Origin: Mobula hypostoma
Lineage: Eukaryota
Length of the DNA stretch: 64,000 nucleotides
Direction: 5' to 3'
Assembly: GCF_963921235.1 (NCBI RefSeq)
Contig: NC_086101.1
Location: 1,860,001 to 1,924,000, forward strand
Of the stretch, positions 24,704 to 35,169 are shown in pieces. Numbering within the stretch: position 1 is the stretch's first letter; every line of letters begins with the position of its first letter. Position numbers and translations under genes: made by a program. Under the pieces are notes generated by a model, which saw only the letters and a list, made by a program, of their open reading frames with translations, did not search any database and was not told the origin of the DNA.

Positions 24704-26499
24704 CACCTCACACTTATCTGGGTTGAACACCATCTGCCACTTCTCAGCCAGTTATACATCCTATCAATGTCCCGCTGTAACCTCTGACAGCCCTCCACAC
24801 TATCCACAACACCCCCAACCTTTGTATCATCAGCAAATTTACTAACCCATCCCTCCACTTCCTCATCCAGGTCATTTATAAAAATCATGAAGAGTAGGGG
24901 TCCCAGAACAGATCCCTGAGGCACTCCACTGGTCACCGACCTCCATGCAGAGTATGACCCGTCTACAGCCACTCTTTGCCTTCTATGGCAAGCCAGTTCT
25001 GGATCCACAAAGCAAGGTTCCCTTGGATCCCATACCTCCTTACTTTCTCAATAAGCCTTGCATGGGGTACCTTGTCAAATGCCTTGCTGAAATCCATATT
25101 ACACTACACCTATTGCTCCACCTTCATCAATATGTTTAGTCACATCCTCAAAAAATTCAATCAGGCTCGTAAGGCATGACCTGCCTTTGACAAAGCCATG
25201 CTGACTATTCCTGGTCATATTATGCCTCTCCAAATGTTCATAAATCCTGCCTCTCCAGATCTTTTCCATCAACTTACCAACTACTGAATTAAGACTCACT
25301 GATCTATAATTTCCTGGGCTATCTCTACTCCCTTTCTTGAATAAGGGAACAACATCTGCCACCCTCCAATTCTCCAGAAACTCTGCTGTCCCCATTGAGG
25401 ATGCAAAGATCATCACCAGAGGCTCAGCAATCTCCTCCCTCACCTCCCACAGTAGCCTGGGGTACATCTCATCCGGTCTCGGTGATTTATCCAACTTGAT
25501 GCTTTCCAAAAGCTCCAGCACATCCTCTTTTTTAATGTCTATATGCTGAAGCTTTTCAGTCTGCTGTAAGTCATCCCTACAATTGCCAAAGTCCTTTTCC
25601 ATAGTAATACTGAAATAAAGTATTCATTAAGTTCCTCTGTTATCTCCTCCGGTTCCATACTCACTTTCCCACTATCACACTTGATTGGTCCTATTCTTTC
25701 ATGTCTTATCCCCTTGCTCTTCACATACTTGTAGAATGCCTTGGGGTTTTCCTTAATCCTGCTCGCCAAGGCCTTCTCATGGCCCCTTCTGGCTCTCCTA
25801 ATTTCATTCTTAAGCTCCTTCCAGCTCACCTTATAATTTTCTAGTTCTCTATCATTACCTAGGTTTTTTGAACCTTATGTAAGCTTTTCTTTTCTTCTTG
25901 ACTAGATTTTCAACAGCCTTTGTACACCATGGTTCCTGTACCCTACTATCCTTTCCCTGTCTCATTGGAATGTACCTATGCAGACGTCACACAAATATCC
26001 CCTGAACATTTGCCACATTTCTGCCATACATTTCCCTGAGAACATCTGTTCCCAATTTATGCTTCCAAGTTCCTGCCTGATAGGCTCATATTTGCACTTA
26101 CTCCAATTAAACGCTTTCCTAACTTGTCTATTTCTACCCTTCTCTGATGCTATGGTAAAGGAGATAGAATTGTGATCATTATCTCCAAAATGCTCTTCCA
26201 CTGAGAGACCTGACACCTGACCAGGTTCATTTCCCAATACCAGATCAAGTAGAGCCTCTCCTCTTGTAGGCTTATCTACATATTGTGTCAAGAAATCTTC
26301 CTGAACACACCTAACAAATTCCACCCATCTGAACCCCTTGCATCAGGGAGCTGCCAATCAATATTTGGGAAATTAAAATCCCCCACCACGACAACCCCGT
26401 TATTATTACACCTTTCCAGAATCTGTCTCCCTATCTGCTCCTCGATGTCCCTGTTACTACTGGGTGGTCTATAAAAAACCATATACCACCAGACCACCA

Positions 26500-29400
26500 T
26501 ATACAGCGGCCATCGTTGTAGCGGCCATGGTCAGAGTGGGACGGCTTTGGCTCAAACAGGCTTTGGCGAGAACAGGCAGAGGCCAAGGTAGGTTCCGGTA
26601 AGTTTTTTGTTCAGATTGTTTAGTGCAGTGAGAATGCCAGGCAGGATGTTGGAATGCTCCTCTTGCAGGATGTGGGAAGTCAGGGAGCCCTCCGATGTCC
26701 CTGACAACCTCACCTGCAGGAAGTGCATCCAGCTGCTGCTCTTGACAAACCGCGTTAGGGAACTGGAGCAGAAGCTGGATGACCTGCAGATCATTCGGGA
26801 GAATGAGGAGATTATAGATAGTAGCTACAGGGAGGTAGTTACACCAAAGGAGCAGAGGACAGGAAATTGGGTCACTGTCAGGCGAGGGAAGGGGAAAGGG
26901 CAGGCAGAGCAGGGTTCCCCCGTGGCCATTCCCCTCAACAACAAGTATATCGCATTGGATACTGTTGGGGGGGATGACTTACCTGGGACAAGCTGCAGTA
27001 GCCGGATCTCTGGCACTGAGTCTGGCTCTGCAGTGCAGAAGGGAGGGAGGGAAAAGAGGAGAGCGGTAGTGATAGGGGACTCGATAGTTAGAGGTGCAGA
27101 TAGGAGGTTCTGTGGTCGTGACAGAGAATCCAGGATGGTTTGTTGCCTCCCAGGTGCCAGGGTCGAGGATGTCTCTGATCAATTGCATGACATTCTGAAG
27201 TGGGAGGGTGACCAGCCAGATGTCGTGGTGCACATCGGTACCAATGACATAGCAAGGAAGAGTGAGGAGGTCCTGGACAGTGAGTATAGAGAGCTTGGTA
27301 GGAAGTTGAAAAGCAGGACCTCGAGGGTGGTAATCTCAGGATTGCTACCTGTGCTACGTGCCAGTGAGGGTAGGAATAGGATGCTCTGGAGGAGGAACAA
27401 GTGGCTGAGGAACTGGTGTAGGGGGCAGAGTTTCAGATTTCAGGATCATTGGGACCTCTTCTGGGCAGGTGGGACCTGTACAAGAGAGATGGGTTACAAT
27501 TGAACTACAGGGGGACCAATATCCTTTCAGGGAGGTTTGTTAATGCTATTGCAGGGGCTTTAAACTAGATTTGCAGGGGGATGGGAACCACAGTACCAGA
27601 GCTGACAGTGTGGCTGGGTGAAAATAAATGATGTTAAAAGTTCAAGCAAATCCGCTGATAGAAAGGTTGTGAGTGGTGGTAAAAATCTTCTGTGGTGTAT
27701 ATATTTCAATGCTAGGAGTATTGCGGGGAAGGCGGATGAGTTGAGGGCGTGGATTGACACGTGGAATTATGATGTTGTAGCAATTAGTGAAACTTGGCTA
27801 CAGGAGGGGCAGGACTGGCAGCTTAATATTCCAGGGTTCCGATGTTTCAGATGTGATCAAGGCAGAGGAATGAAAGGTGGGGGAGTAGCATTGCTTGTTA
27901 GGGAAAATATTACAGCAGTGCTCAGGCAGGACAGATTAGAGGGTTTGTCTACTGAGTCCTTGTGGGTGGAGCTGAGAAACAGGAAAGGTATGGCCACATT
28001 AGTGGGATTGTATTACAGACTACCCAATAGTCAACGAGAATTGGAAGAGCAAATCTGCAGAGAGATAGCAGGCAACTGCAGGAAACATAAAGTTGTGGTG
28101 GTAGGGGATTTTAATTTTCCATGTATTGATTGGGACTCCCATACTGTTAGGGGTCTAGATGGTTTAGAGTTTGTAAAATGTGTTCAGGAAAGTTTTCTAA
28201 ATCAATATATAGAGGGACCAACTAGAGGGGATGCAATATTGGATCTCCTGTTAGGAAACGAGTTAGGACAAGTGACGGAAGTCTGTGTAAGGGAGAACTT
28301 TGGTTCCAGTGATCATAACACCATTAGTTTCAACTTGATCATGGACAAGAATAGATCTGGTCCTAGGGTTGAGGTTCTTAACTGGAAGAAGGCCAAATTT
28401 GAAGAAATGAGAAAGGATCTAAAAAGTGTGGATTGGGACAGGTTGTTCTCTGGCAAAGATGTGATCGGTAGGTGGGAAGCCTTCAAAGCAGAAATTTTGA
28501 GAGTGCAGAATTTGTATGTTCCTGTCAGGATTAAAGGCAAGGTGAATAGGAATAAGGAACCTTGGTTCTCAAGGGATATTGCAACTCTGATAAAGAAGAA
28601 GAGGGAGTTGTATGACGTGTATAGGAAGCAGGGAGTAATTCAGGTGCTTGAGGAGTTTAAGAAGTGCAAGAAAATACTTAAGAAAGAAATCAGGAGGGCT
28701 AAAAGAAGACATGAGGTTGCCTTGGCAGTCAAAGTGAAGGATAATCCAAAGAGCTTTTACAGGTATATTAAGAGCAAAAGGATTGTAAGGGATAAAATTG
28801 GTCCTCTTGAAGATCAGAGTGGTCGGCTATGTGCGGAACCAAAGGAAATGGGGGAGATCTTAAATAGGTTTTTTGCGTCTGTGTTTACTAAGGAAACTGG
28901 CATGAAGTCTATGGAATTAAAGGAAACAAGTAGTGAGATCATGGAAACTGTACAGATTGAAAAGGAGGAGGTCCTTGCTGTCTTGAGGAAAATTAAAGTG
29001 GATAAATCCCCAGGACATGACAGAGTGTTCCCTCGGACCTTGAAGGAGACTAGTGTTGAAATTGCGGGGGCCCTGGCAGAAATATTTAAAATGTTGCTGT
29101 CTACAGGTGAGGTGCCAGAGGATTGGAGAGTGGCTCATGTTGTTCCGTTGTTTAAAAAAGGATCGAAAAGTAATCCAGGAAATTATAGGCCAGTACGTTT
29201 AACGTCGGTAGTAGGTAAGTTATTGGAGGGAGTACTAAAAGACAGAATCTACAAGCATTTGGATAGACTGGGACTTATTAGGGAAAGTCAACATGGCTTT
29301 GTGCGTGGTAGGTTATGTTTGACCAATCTATTGGAGTTTTTCGAGGAGGTTACCAGGAAAGTGGGTGAAGGGAAGGCAGTGGATATTGTCTACATGGACT

Positions 29401-30570
29401 TCAGTAAGGCCTTTGACAAGGTCCCGCATGGGAGGTTAGTTAGGAGAATTCAGTCGCTAGGTATACATGGAGAGGTGGTAAATTGGATTAGACATTGGCT
29501 CGATGGAAGAAGCCAGAGAGTGGTAGTAGAGAATTGCTTCTCTGAGTGGAGGCCTGTGACTAGTGGTGTGCCACAGGGATCAGTGCTGGGTCCATTGTTA
29601 TTTGTCATCTATATCAATGAGCTGGATGATAATGTGGTAAATTGGATCAGCAAGTTTGCTGATGATACAAAGATTGGAGGTGTAGTAGACAGTGAGGAAG
29701 GTTTTCAGAGCCTGCAGTGGGACTTGGACCAGCTGGAAAAATGGGCTAAAAAATGGCAGATGGAGTTTAATACTGACAAGTGTGAGGTATTGCACGTTGG
29801 AAGGTCAAACCAAGGTAGAACATACAGGGTTAATGGTAAGGCACTGAGGAGTGCAGTGGAACAGAGGGATCTGGGAATACAGATACAAAATTCCCTAAAA
29901 GTGGCGTCACAAGTAGATAGGGTCGTAAAGAGAGCTTTTGGTACATTGGCCTTTATTAATCAAAGTATTGAGTATAAGAGCTGGAATTTTATCATGAGGT
30001 TGTATAAGGCATTGGTGAGGCCGAATCTGGAGTATTGTGTTCAGTTTTGGTCACCAAATTACAGGAAGGATATAAAGAAGGTTGAAAGAGTGCAGAGAAG
30101 GTTTACAAGGATGTTGCCGGGACTTGAGAAACTCAGTTACAGAGAAAGGTTGAATAGGTTAGGACTTTATTCCCTGGAGCGTAGAAGAATGAGGGGAGAT
30201 TTGATAGAGGTATGTAAAATTATGATGGGTATAGATAGAGTGAATGCAAGCAGGCTTTTTCCACTGAGGCAAGGGGAGAAAAAAACCAGAGGACATGGGT
30301 TAAGGGTGAGGGGGAAAAGTTTAAAGGGAACATTAGTGGGGGCTTCTTCACACAGAGAGTGGTGGGAGTATGGAATGAGCTGCCAGACGAGGTGGTAAAT
30401 GCGGGTTCTTTTTTAACATTTAAGAATAAATTGGACAGATACATGGATGGGAGGTGTATGGAGGGATATGGTCTGTGTGCAGGTCAGTGGGACTAGGCAG
30501 AAAATGGTTCGGCACAGCCAAGAAGGGCCAAAAGGCCTGTTTCTGTGCTGTAGTTTCTATGGTTTCTATA
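26500..30570 (+). mobile_element. Near-full-length young CR1 LINE
   Basis: ORF1 26607-27503: CxxC...CxxC zinc finger, coiled coil, GDS/GTND SGNH esterase, late frameshift. ORF2 27618-30398: APE + RT (FADD), frameshift near 30310. (GTTTCTAT)n tail. Confidence 0.97.
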
Positions 30571-31090
30571 GAGTTATTGACCCTTCCTGTTCCTAACTTC
30601 CACCCACAGAGACTCCGTAGACAATTCCTCCATGACGTCCACCTTTTCTGCAGCTATGACACTATCTCTGATCAACAGTGCCACACCCCCACCTCTTTTG
30701 TCTCCCTCCCTGTCCTTTCTGAAACATCTAAAACCTGGCACTGTAAGTAACATTCCTGCCCCTGATCCATCCAAGTCTCTGTAATGGCCACAACATCATA
30801 GCTCCAGGTACTGGCCCATGCTCTAAGCTCACCCGTTTTGTTCATGATGCTCCTTGCATTAAAATAGACACATCTCAAACCATCCATCTGAGTGCATCCC
30901 TTCTCTATCTCCTGCCTATCCTCCCTCTCACAGTCTCCAAGCTTTCTCTATTTGTGAGCCAACTTCCCTTTCCTCCGTCACTTCAGTTCGGTTCCCACCC
31001 CCCAGCAATTCTAGTTTAAACTCTCCCCAGTACCCTTAGCAAACCTTCCCGCCAGGACATTGGTTCTCCTCAGATTCAAGTGCAACTTGA
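30570..31090 (-). mobile_element. 5' continuation of the CR1 at 23265-26480
   Basis: ORFs 30574-30774 and 30672-30887 encode the APE N-terminus. Confidence 0.88.
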
Positions 31091-31199
31091 GTTTATTGAA
31101 CTTGTTGCAAGAAAGTGAATCTCAGGGTTGTATGTGGTGGCATATATATACTTCGATAATAAATGTAAGTGCTGTAAGGGTTCACTGCTAATTTACTTT

Positions 31200-31745
31200 G
31201 AACACAGAATACAAAACAGCACAGGCCCTTCTTCCTACAGTGTTGTGCAGAACCAATTAAGTTAGCAATCAAGTGACAAACTAAACTGATCTCTTTTGCT
31301 GACACAATCTCCATATCCGTTCATTTTCGTCACATTCATGTACCTATCTAAACATCTCTTAAAACATCCCTGATGTATTTACCTCTCCCACCCCAGGCAC
31401 CCACAACAACTCCTTTGAAATTACCCCCTCTCACCTTAAATGCACACCCTCTGGTACTAAACATTTCAACCCTGGGAAAAAGATACTGTCTGTCAACTTT
31501 ATCTTTGCCTTTCATAATCTTAAAAACCTCTCAGTTCTGCCCTGGTCCAGAGAAGATAACCCAGGTTTAGCCAACCACTTGTTATAGCACGTGCCCACTA
31601 ATCCGGGCAGTACCCTGGTGAACCTGTTCTGTACCCTCTCCAAAGCCCCAGCATCCTTCCTACAGTGGGTCAACTATACAGTACTCCAGACGCAGCCTAA
31701 TTAGAGTTTTATAAAGTTGCAATGTACCTTCCTGACCTTTGAAGT
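31200..31745 (-). mobile_element. Old CR1 3' fragment
   Basis: Similar to the other minus-strand CR1 3' ends (ACAGCACAGGCCCTT..., CCTGGGAAAAAG). Confidence 0.7.
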
Positions 31746-31792
31746 GCTGGTGAATCCACGTGAAGACAATCCCCTTTGTGTTTTCTTCACAG

Positions 31793-31842
31793 TGAAGTCA
31801 TGGAGTACATTTCACAGGCTTAGCAGAGATCCGTCTCGATGA
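31793..31842 (+). CDS. Candidate terminal coding exon of the + strand membrane gene
   Basis: Strong acceptor CCCCTTTGTGTTTTCTTCACAG in apparently unique DNA. Phase 1 reads MKSWSTFHRLSRDPSR*; phase 2 reads xEVMEYISQA*. Confidence 0.35.
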
Positions 31843-32859
31843 CTAAGCTCTGTGTTGTTCTGAGGCAGCCGATCTCACAAGCTGTACCTGGTCTTCCTGC
31901 TGTACAAACTGCAGAGCATTTGAGGACTGTCAGAGTGCAGACATCACGTTTGAAAAGAGTGGGTAAAGCTCAACGACCTGACAATAATACTCACCAGCAT
32001 CAAATGATATGAGGGGAAGTTTGGGTTGATAGCTGGTCAGACTGTTGAAGGACTCGCATTGGACCGGGTTAAATAAATTCTTTGATGGGATAAAGGCAAG
32101 AGTGAAAGAGCCCGACTTTCCAAACCCATGATGTTACCCCTCAACCATCAAGCTCTTGACCAGAGAGGATAACTTCACCTGCCCCAACACTGAACTGTTC
32201 CCACAACCTATGGACTCAATTTTATGGTCTCTTAGTCCCGTGTTCTCAATATTTAAGCATTACTATTATCATTATTTGTATTTGAAGTTTGTTTTTTTGC
32301 ACTAGTTGTTAGTCCATTTTATTTTGTGCAGTTTTACATTGATTCTATTGTGTTTCTTCATTGTTACTGTGAATGCCCACGAGAAAATGGATCTCAGGTT
32401 TGTATATGGTGACATATATGTACTGTGATAATAAATTTACTTTGAACTTTGAAATCTGATCTCAAACTGTAACTCCATTTGTAGATTCCATATTTTCAAT
32501 TTATTCAGCATCAAATCCTGGACATTTGAAAGTGAACATTCGTGTAGAGTGGGTATTTGAACAGAAAGTGGTGGGAGGAGAGGATGTGGCGATAGGGGAG
32601 AAAATATGGCTCTGACTATTGACAAGATGTGTTAGCAGATGTTTCAAGCTGTCATTAACAGCATTAGCCTTTTAAATCAAAATGATTCCCATCATCTTAC
32701 CTCCCCAGAAATGCTGATCCCAGGGTAGAATTCTCTACCGGCATACAAGTGTCCATCTCACTTCTGCTGAACTACAGCCATTGGGACCTCTTAATTACCA
32801 TCAATAGATACCTAAATTTGCAAACTTGGATGAGGGGTGAGACAATAACATACTTATGA

Positions 32860-33767
32860 ATTTCAAATGTCTTTTGACTGCGAATTTTGAATGGTCTTTG
32901 CGAATTTCGAGTGGTCTTTGACCGTGAATCTCGAGTGGTTTGTGACTGTGAATTTTGAGTCACCTTTGCCTGTGAATTTCCAACAGTCTTTGACTGTGAA
33001 TTCCTAATGGTTTTTGACGGTGAATTTCAGATGTTCTTTGAGTGTGAATTTCCAATGGTCTTTGTGAATTTAGAGTGCTCTTTGACTGTAAATTTTCAAT
33101 CACCTTTGACGGTAAATATTGAGTCACCTTTGCCTGTGAATTTCCAATGGTCTTTAACTGTGAATTTCCAATGGTTTTTGAGAATTTTGAGTGGTCTTTG
33201 TGAATTTTGAATCGCCTTTGACTGTGAATTTCAAGTGGTCTTTGACTGTGAATTTTGAGTGGTGTTTGACTGAATTTCCAATGGTCTTTGTGAGTTTAGA
33301 GTGCTCTTTGACTGTGAATTTTGAGTGGTCTTTAACTGAATTTCCAATGGTCTTTGTGAATTTCCAACGGGTTTTGAGAATTTTGAGTGGTTTTTGACTG
33401 TGAATTTTGAGTGATCTTTGACTGTGAATTTTAAGTGGTCTTTCACTGTGAATTTTGAATCGCTGTTGACTGTGAATTTTGAGTGGTCTTTGACTGTGAA
33501 TTCTGAGTGGTTTTTGACTGTGAATTCTGAGTGGTCTTTGACTGTGAATTCTGAGTGGTCTTTGACAATTCTGAGTGGTTTTTGACTGTGAATTCTGAGT
33601 GGTTTTTGACTGTGAATTCTGAGTGATCTTTGACTGTGAATTTTGAGTGGTCTTTGACTGTGAATTCTGAGTGGTTTTTGACTGTGAATTCTGAGTGGTC
33701 TTTGACTGTGAATTCTGAGTGGTCTTTGACTGTGAATTCGGAGTGGTCTTTGACTGTGAATTCTGAG
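32860..33767. repeat. 24-bp tandem array (TTTGACTGTGAATTCTGAGTGGTC)n
   Basis: Homogeneous at ~33470-33767, increasingly degenerate toward 32860. Confidence 0.95.
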
Positions 33768-33852
33768 CCTGTGACGCTGTTGAGTGCGAGCGGAGGCTCC
33801 ACAGGGGCATGCGGACAAGGCAGGAAGTGGGGAGAACGACGTACTTCTTCCC
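33154..33852 (-). CDS. Candidate last exon of the nSMase-derived gene: GKKYVVLPTS... then (QNSQSKTT)n and (RIHSQRPL)n repeats
   Basis: CTGCAG acceptor (weak pyrimidine tract); phase 0 matches the 38984 donor; CpG-rich unique 5' part; open for 232 codons. Confidence 0.45.
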   Translation of the reverse strand, partial: GKKYVVLPTSCLVRMPLWSLRSHSTASQAQNSQSKTTPNSQSKTTQNSQSKTTQNSQSKTTQNSQSKTTQNSQSKITQNSQSKTTQNSQSKTTQNCQRPLRIHSQRPLRIHSQKPLRIHSQRPLKIHSQQRFKIHSERPLKIHSQRSLKIHSQKPLKILKTRWKFTKTIGNSVKDHSKFTVKEHSKLTKTIGNSVKHHSKFTVKDHLKFTVKGDSKFTKTTQNSQKPLEIHS

Positions 33853-34170
33853 CTGCAGGGCGCTAGTGACCCACATGAGGTTTCACTGCAAAACTAGTTT
33901 TGTGATGATCAAGATCAGAAAGATACAAGTTAATGCACATATCCTGCCTCTCTGTTGTTACTCCAGTCCTTCCTTACAGTTACAGTTGAAATGCTCAGTC
34001 TAAAGGAAGCTGCAGTGCATTTTGTCCGCATTCCCTCCAGCCAATCACATCATTTCTCCAGCGAGCACTTTGCACATTTCCGGACTTCTCAAAGCCTCAC
34101 GGCATTCAAGTCCCATATCCAGGGTGTTCAGATGTAGCTGCCAAATCCCTCAAATCCCAAAGTGCCTCTC
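33853..34170 (-). pseudogene. Decayed catalytic-domain segment of a neutral sphingomyelinase (SMPD3-like)
   Basis: One frame with 5 stops: ...WQLHLNTLDMGLECR...EHFNCNCKEGLE*QQ...*NLMWVTSALQ(GKKYVVLPTS). Collinear with remembered SMPD3 motifs THLHAPQEDSAIR, GDFNFDNCSSDDKLEQQ and NLQKVLESEEGRREYLAFPTS. Confidence 0.6.
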
Positions 34171-34593
34171 TGTATTCAACATTGTAGAAAGCACTGTGCA
34201 TGTTTGCATCACAGCTTGGTTTGGCAACTGCTGTCCTGTGGCCAAAAGACACCGCAGCGAGAGTGTGGACACAATTCAGGAACTGGTCTCACCTCTATGG
34301 ACTGTGTACGTTTCTCTCGATGCCAGTAAAGAGCCACCTCCCTGGACATTCTGCCTTCTCCCCTCTCCCCTCGGGCAGAAGATACAAAAGCCTGTACTGT
34401 ACCACAGTGCTCAAGGATGGTCACTGCCCCACTGTCACCAGACTCTCGAATGGATTTCCTGCACGATAAGGTGGGTTCCTGGCCTCACAATCTACCTCGT
34501 TATCATCTTGCACTTTATTGCTAACCTGCACGGCACTTCTTTTAGAAGATTCTCTACCTTAGTGCTGTTGTTGTTTTACCTTGTTCTACCATG

Positions 34594-34905
34594 TGGGCAC
34601 GTGGCCAAGTGGTTAAGACATTCGACTAGCGACCTGAAGGTTGTGAGTTCGAGCCCCAGCCGAGGCAGTGGCGTGTTGTATCTTTGAGCAAGGCACTTAA
34701 CCACACAGCGCTCTGCGACGACACCGGTGCCAAGCTGTATCGGCCCTAGTGCCCTTCCCTTGGACAACATTGGTGTCATGGAGAGGGGAGACTTGCAGCA
34801 TGGGCAACTGCTGGTCTTCCATACAACCTTGCCCAGGCCTGCACCCTGGAGAGTGAAGACTTTCCAGGCGCAGATCCATGGTCTCGCAAGACTAACAGAT
34901 GCCTT
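34594..34905 (+). mobile_element. tRNA-derived SINE, subfamily B
   Basis: A and B boxes; closely matches the reverse complement of 42207-42521. Confidence 0.9.
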
Positions 34906-35169
34906 ACCTGTGGAAGAATAAATGATTATTTGTCTCAGAGCATCGGAGATGCTAGTACTTTTCTATTATGACCCCTTGAAGTTATGAGGAAATGAAACTT
35001 CCCTATTCTTCTGGTTTTCCTAAAATTTTTCAGGTAATCTGTCCAGACTAGCTGGCCAGCAAAAGGGTTAATGAACTAAGTAGTTAACTTGCATTTCTCT
35101 GTGAACTCTGTTACCTTATGAAGTTTTGTAGCCCAGTTTCAGCTGTCTTTCATAATCAGGATGCAGTAG

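Larger units (their letters stand above)
23265..26480 (-). mobile_element. CR1 LINE, degraded; its 5' part continues at 30570-31090
   Basis: RT and EN fragments at 23894-24528, 24703-25008, 25099-25602 and 25962-26500. The EN sequence resumes at 30570 (LWVEVRNRKG, YFNARS). Confidence 0.92.
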
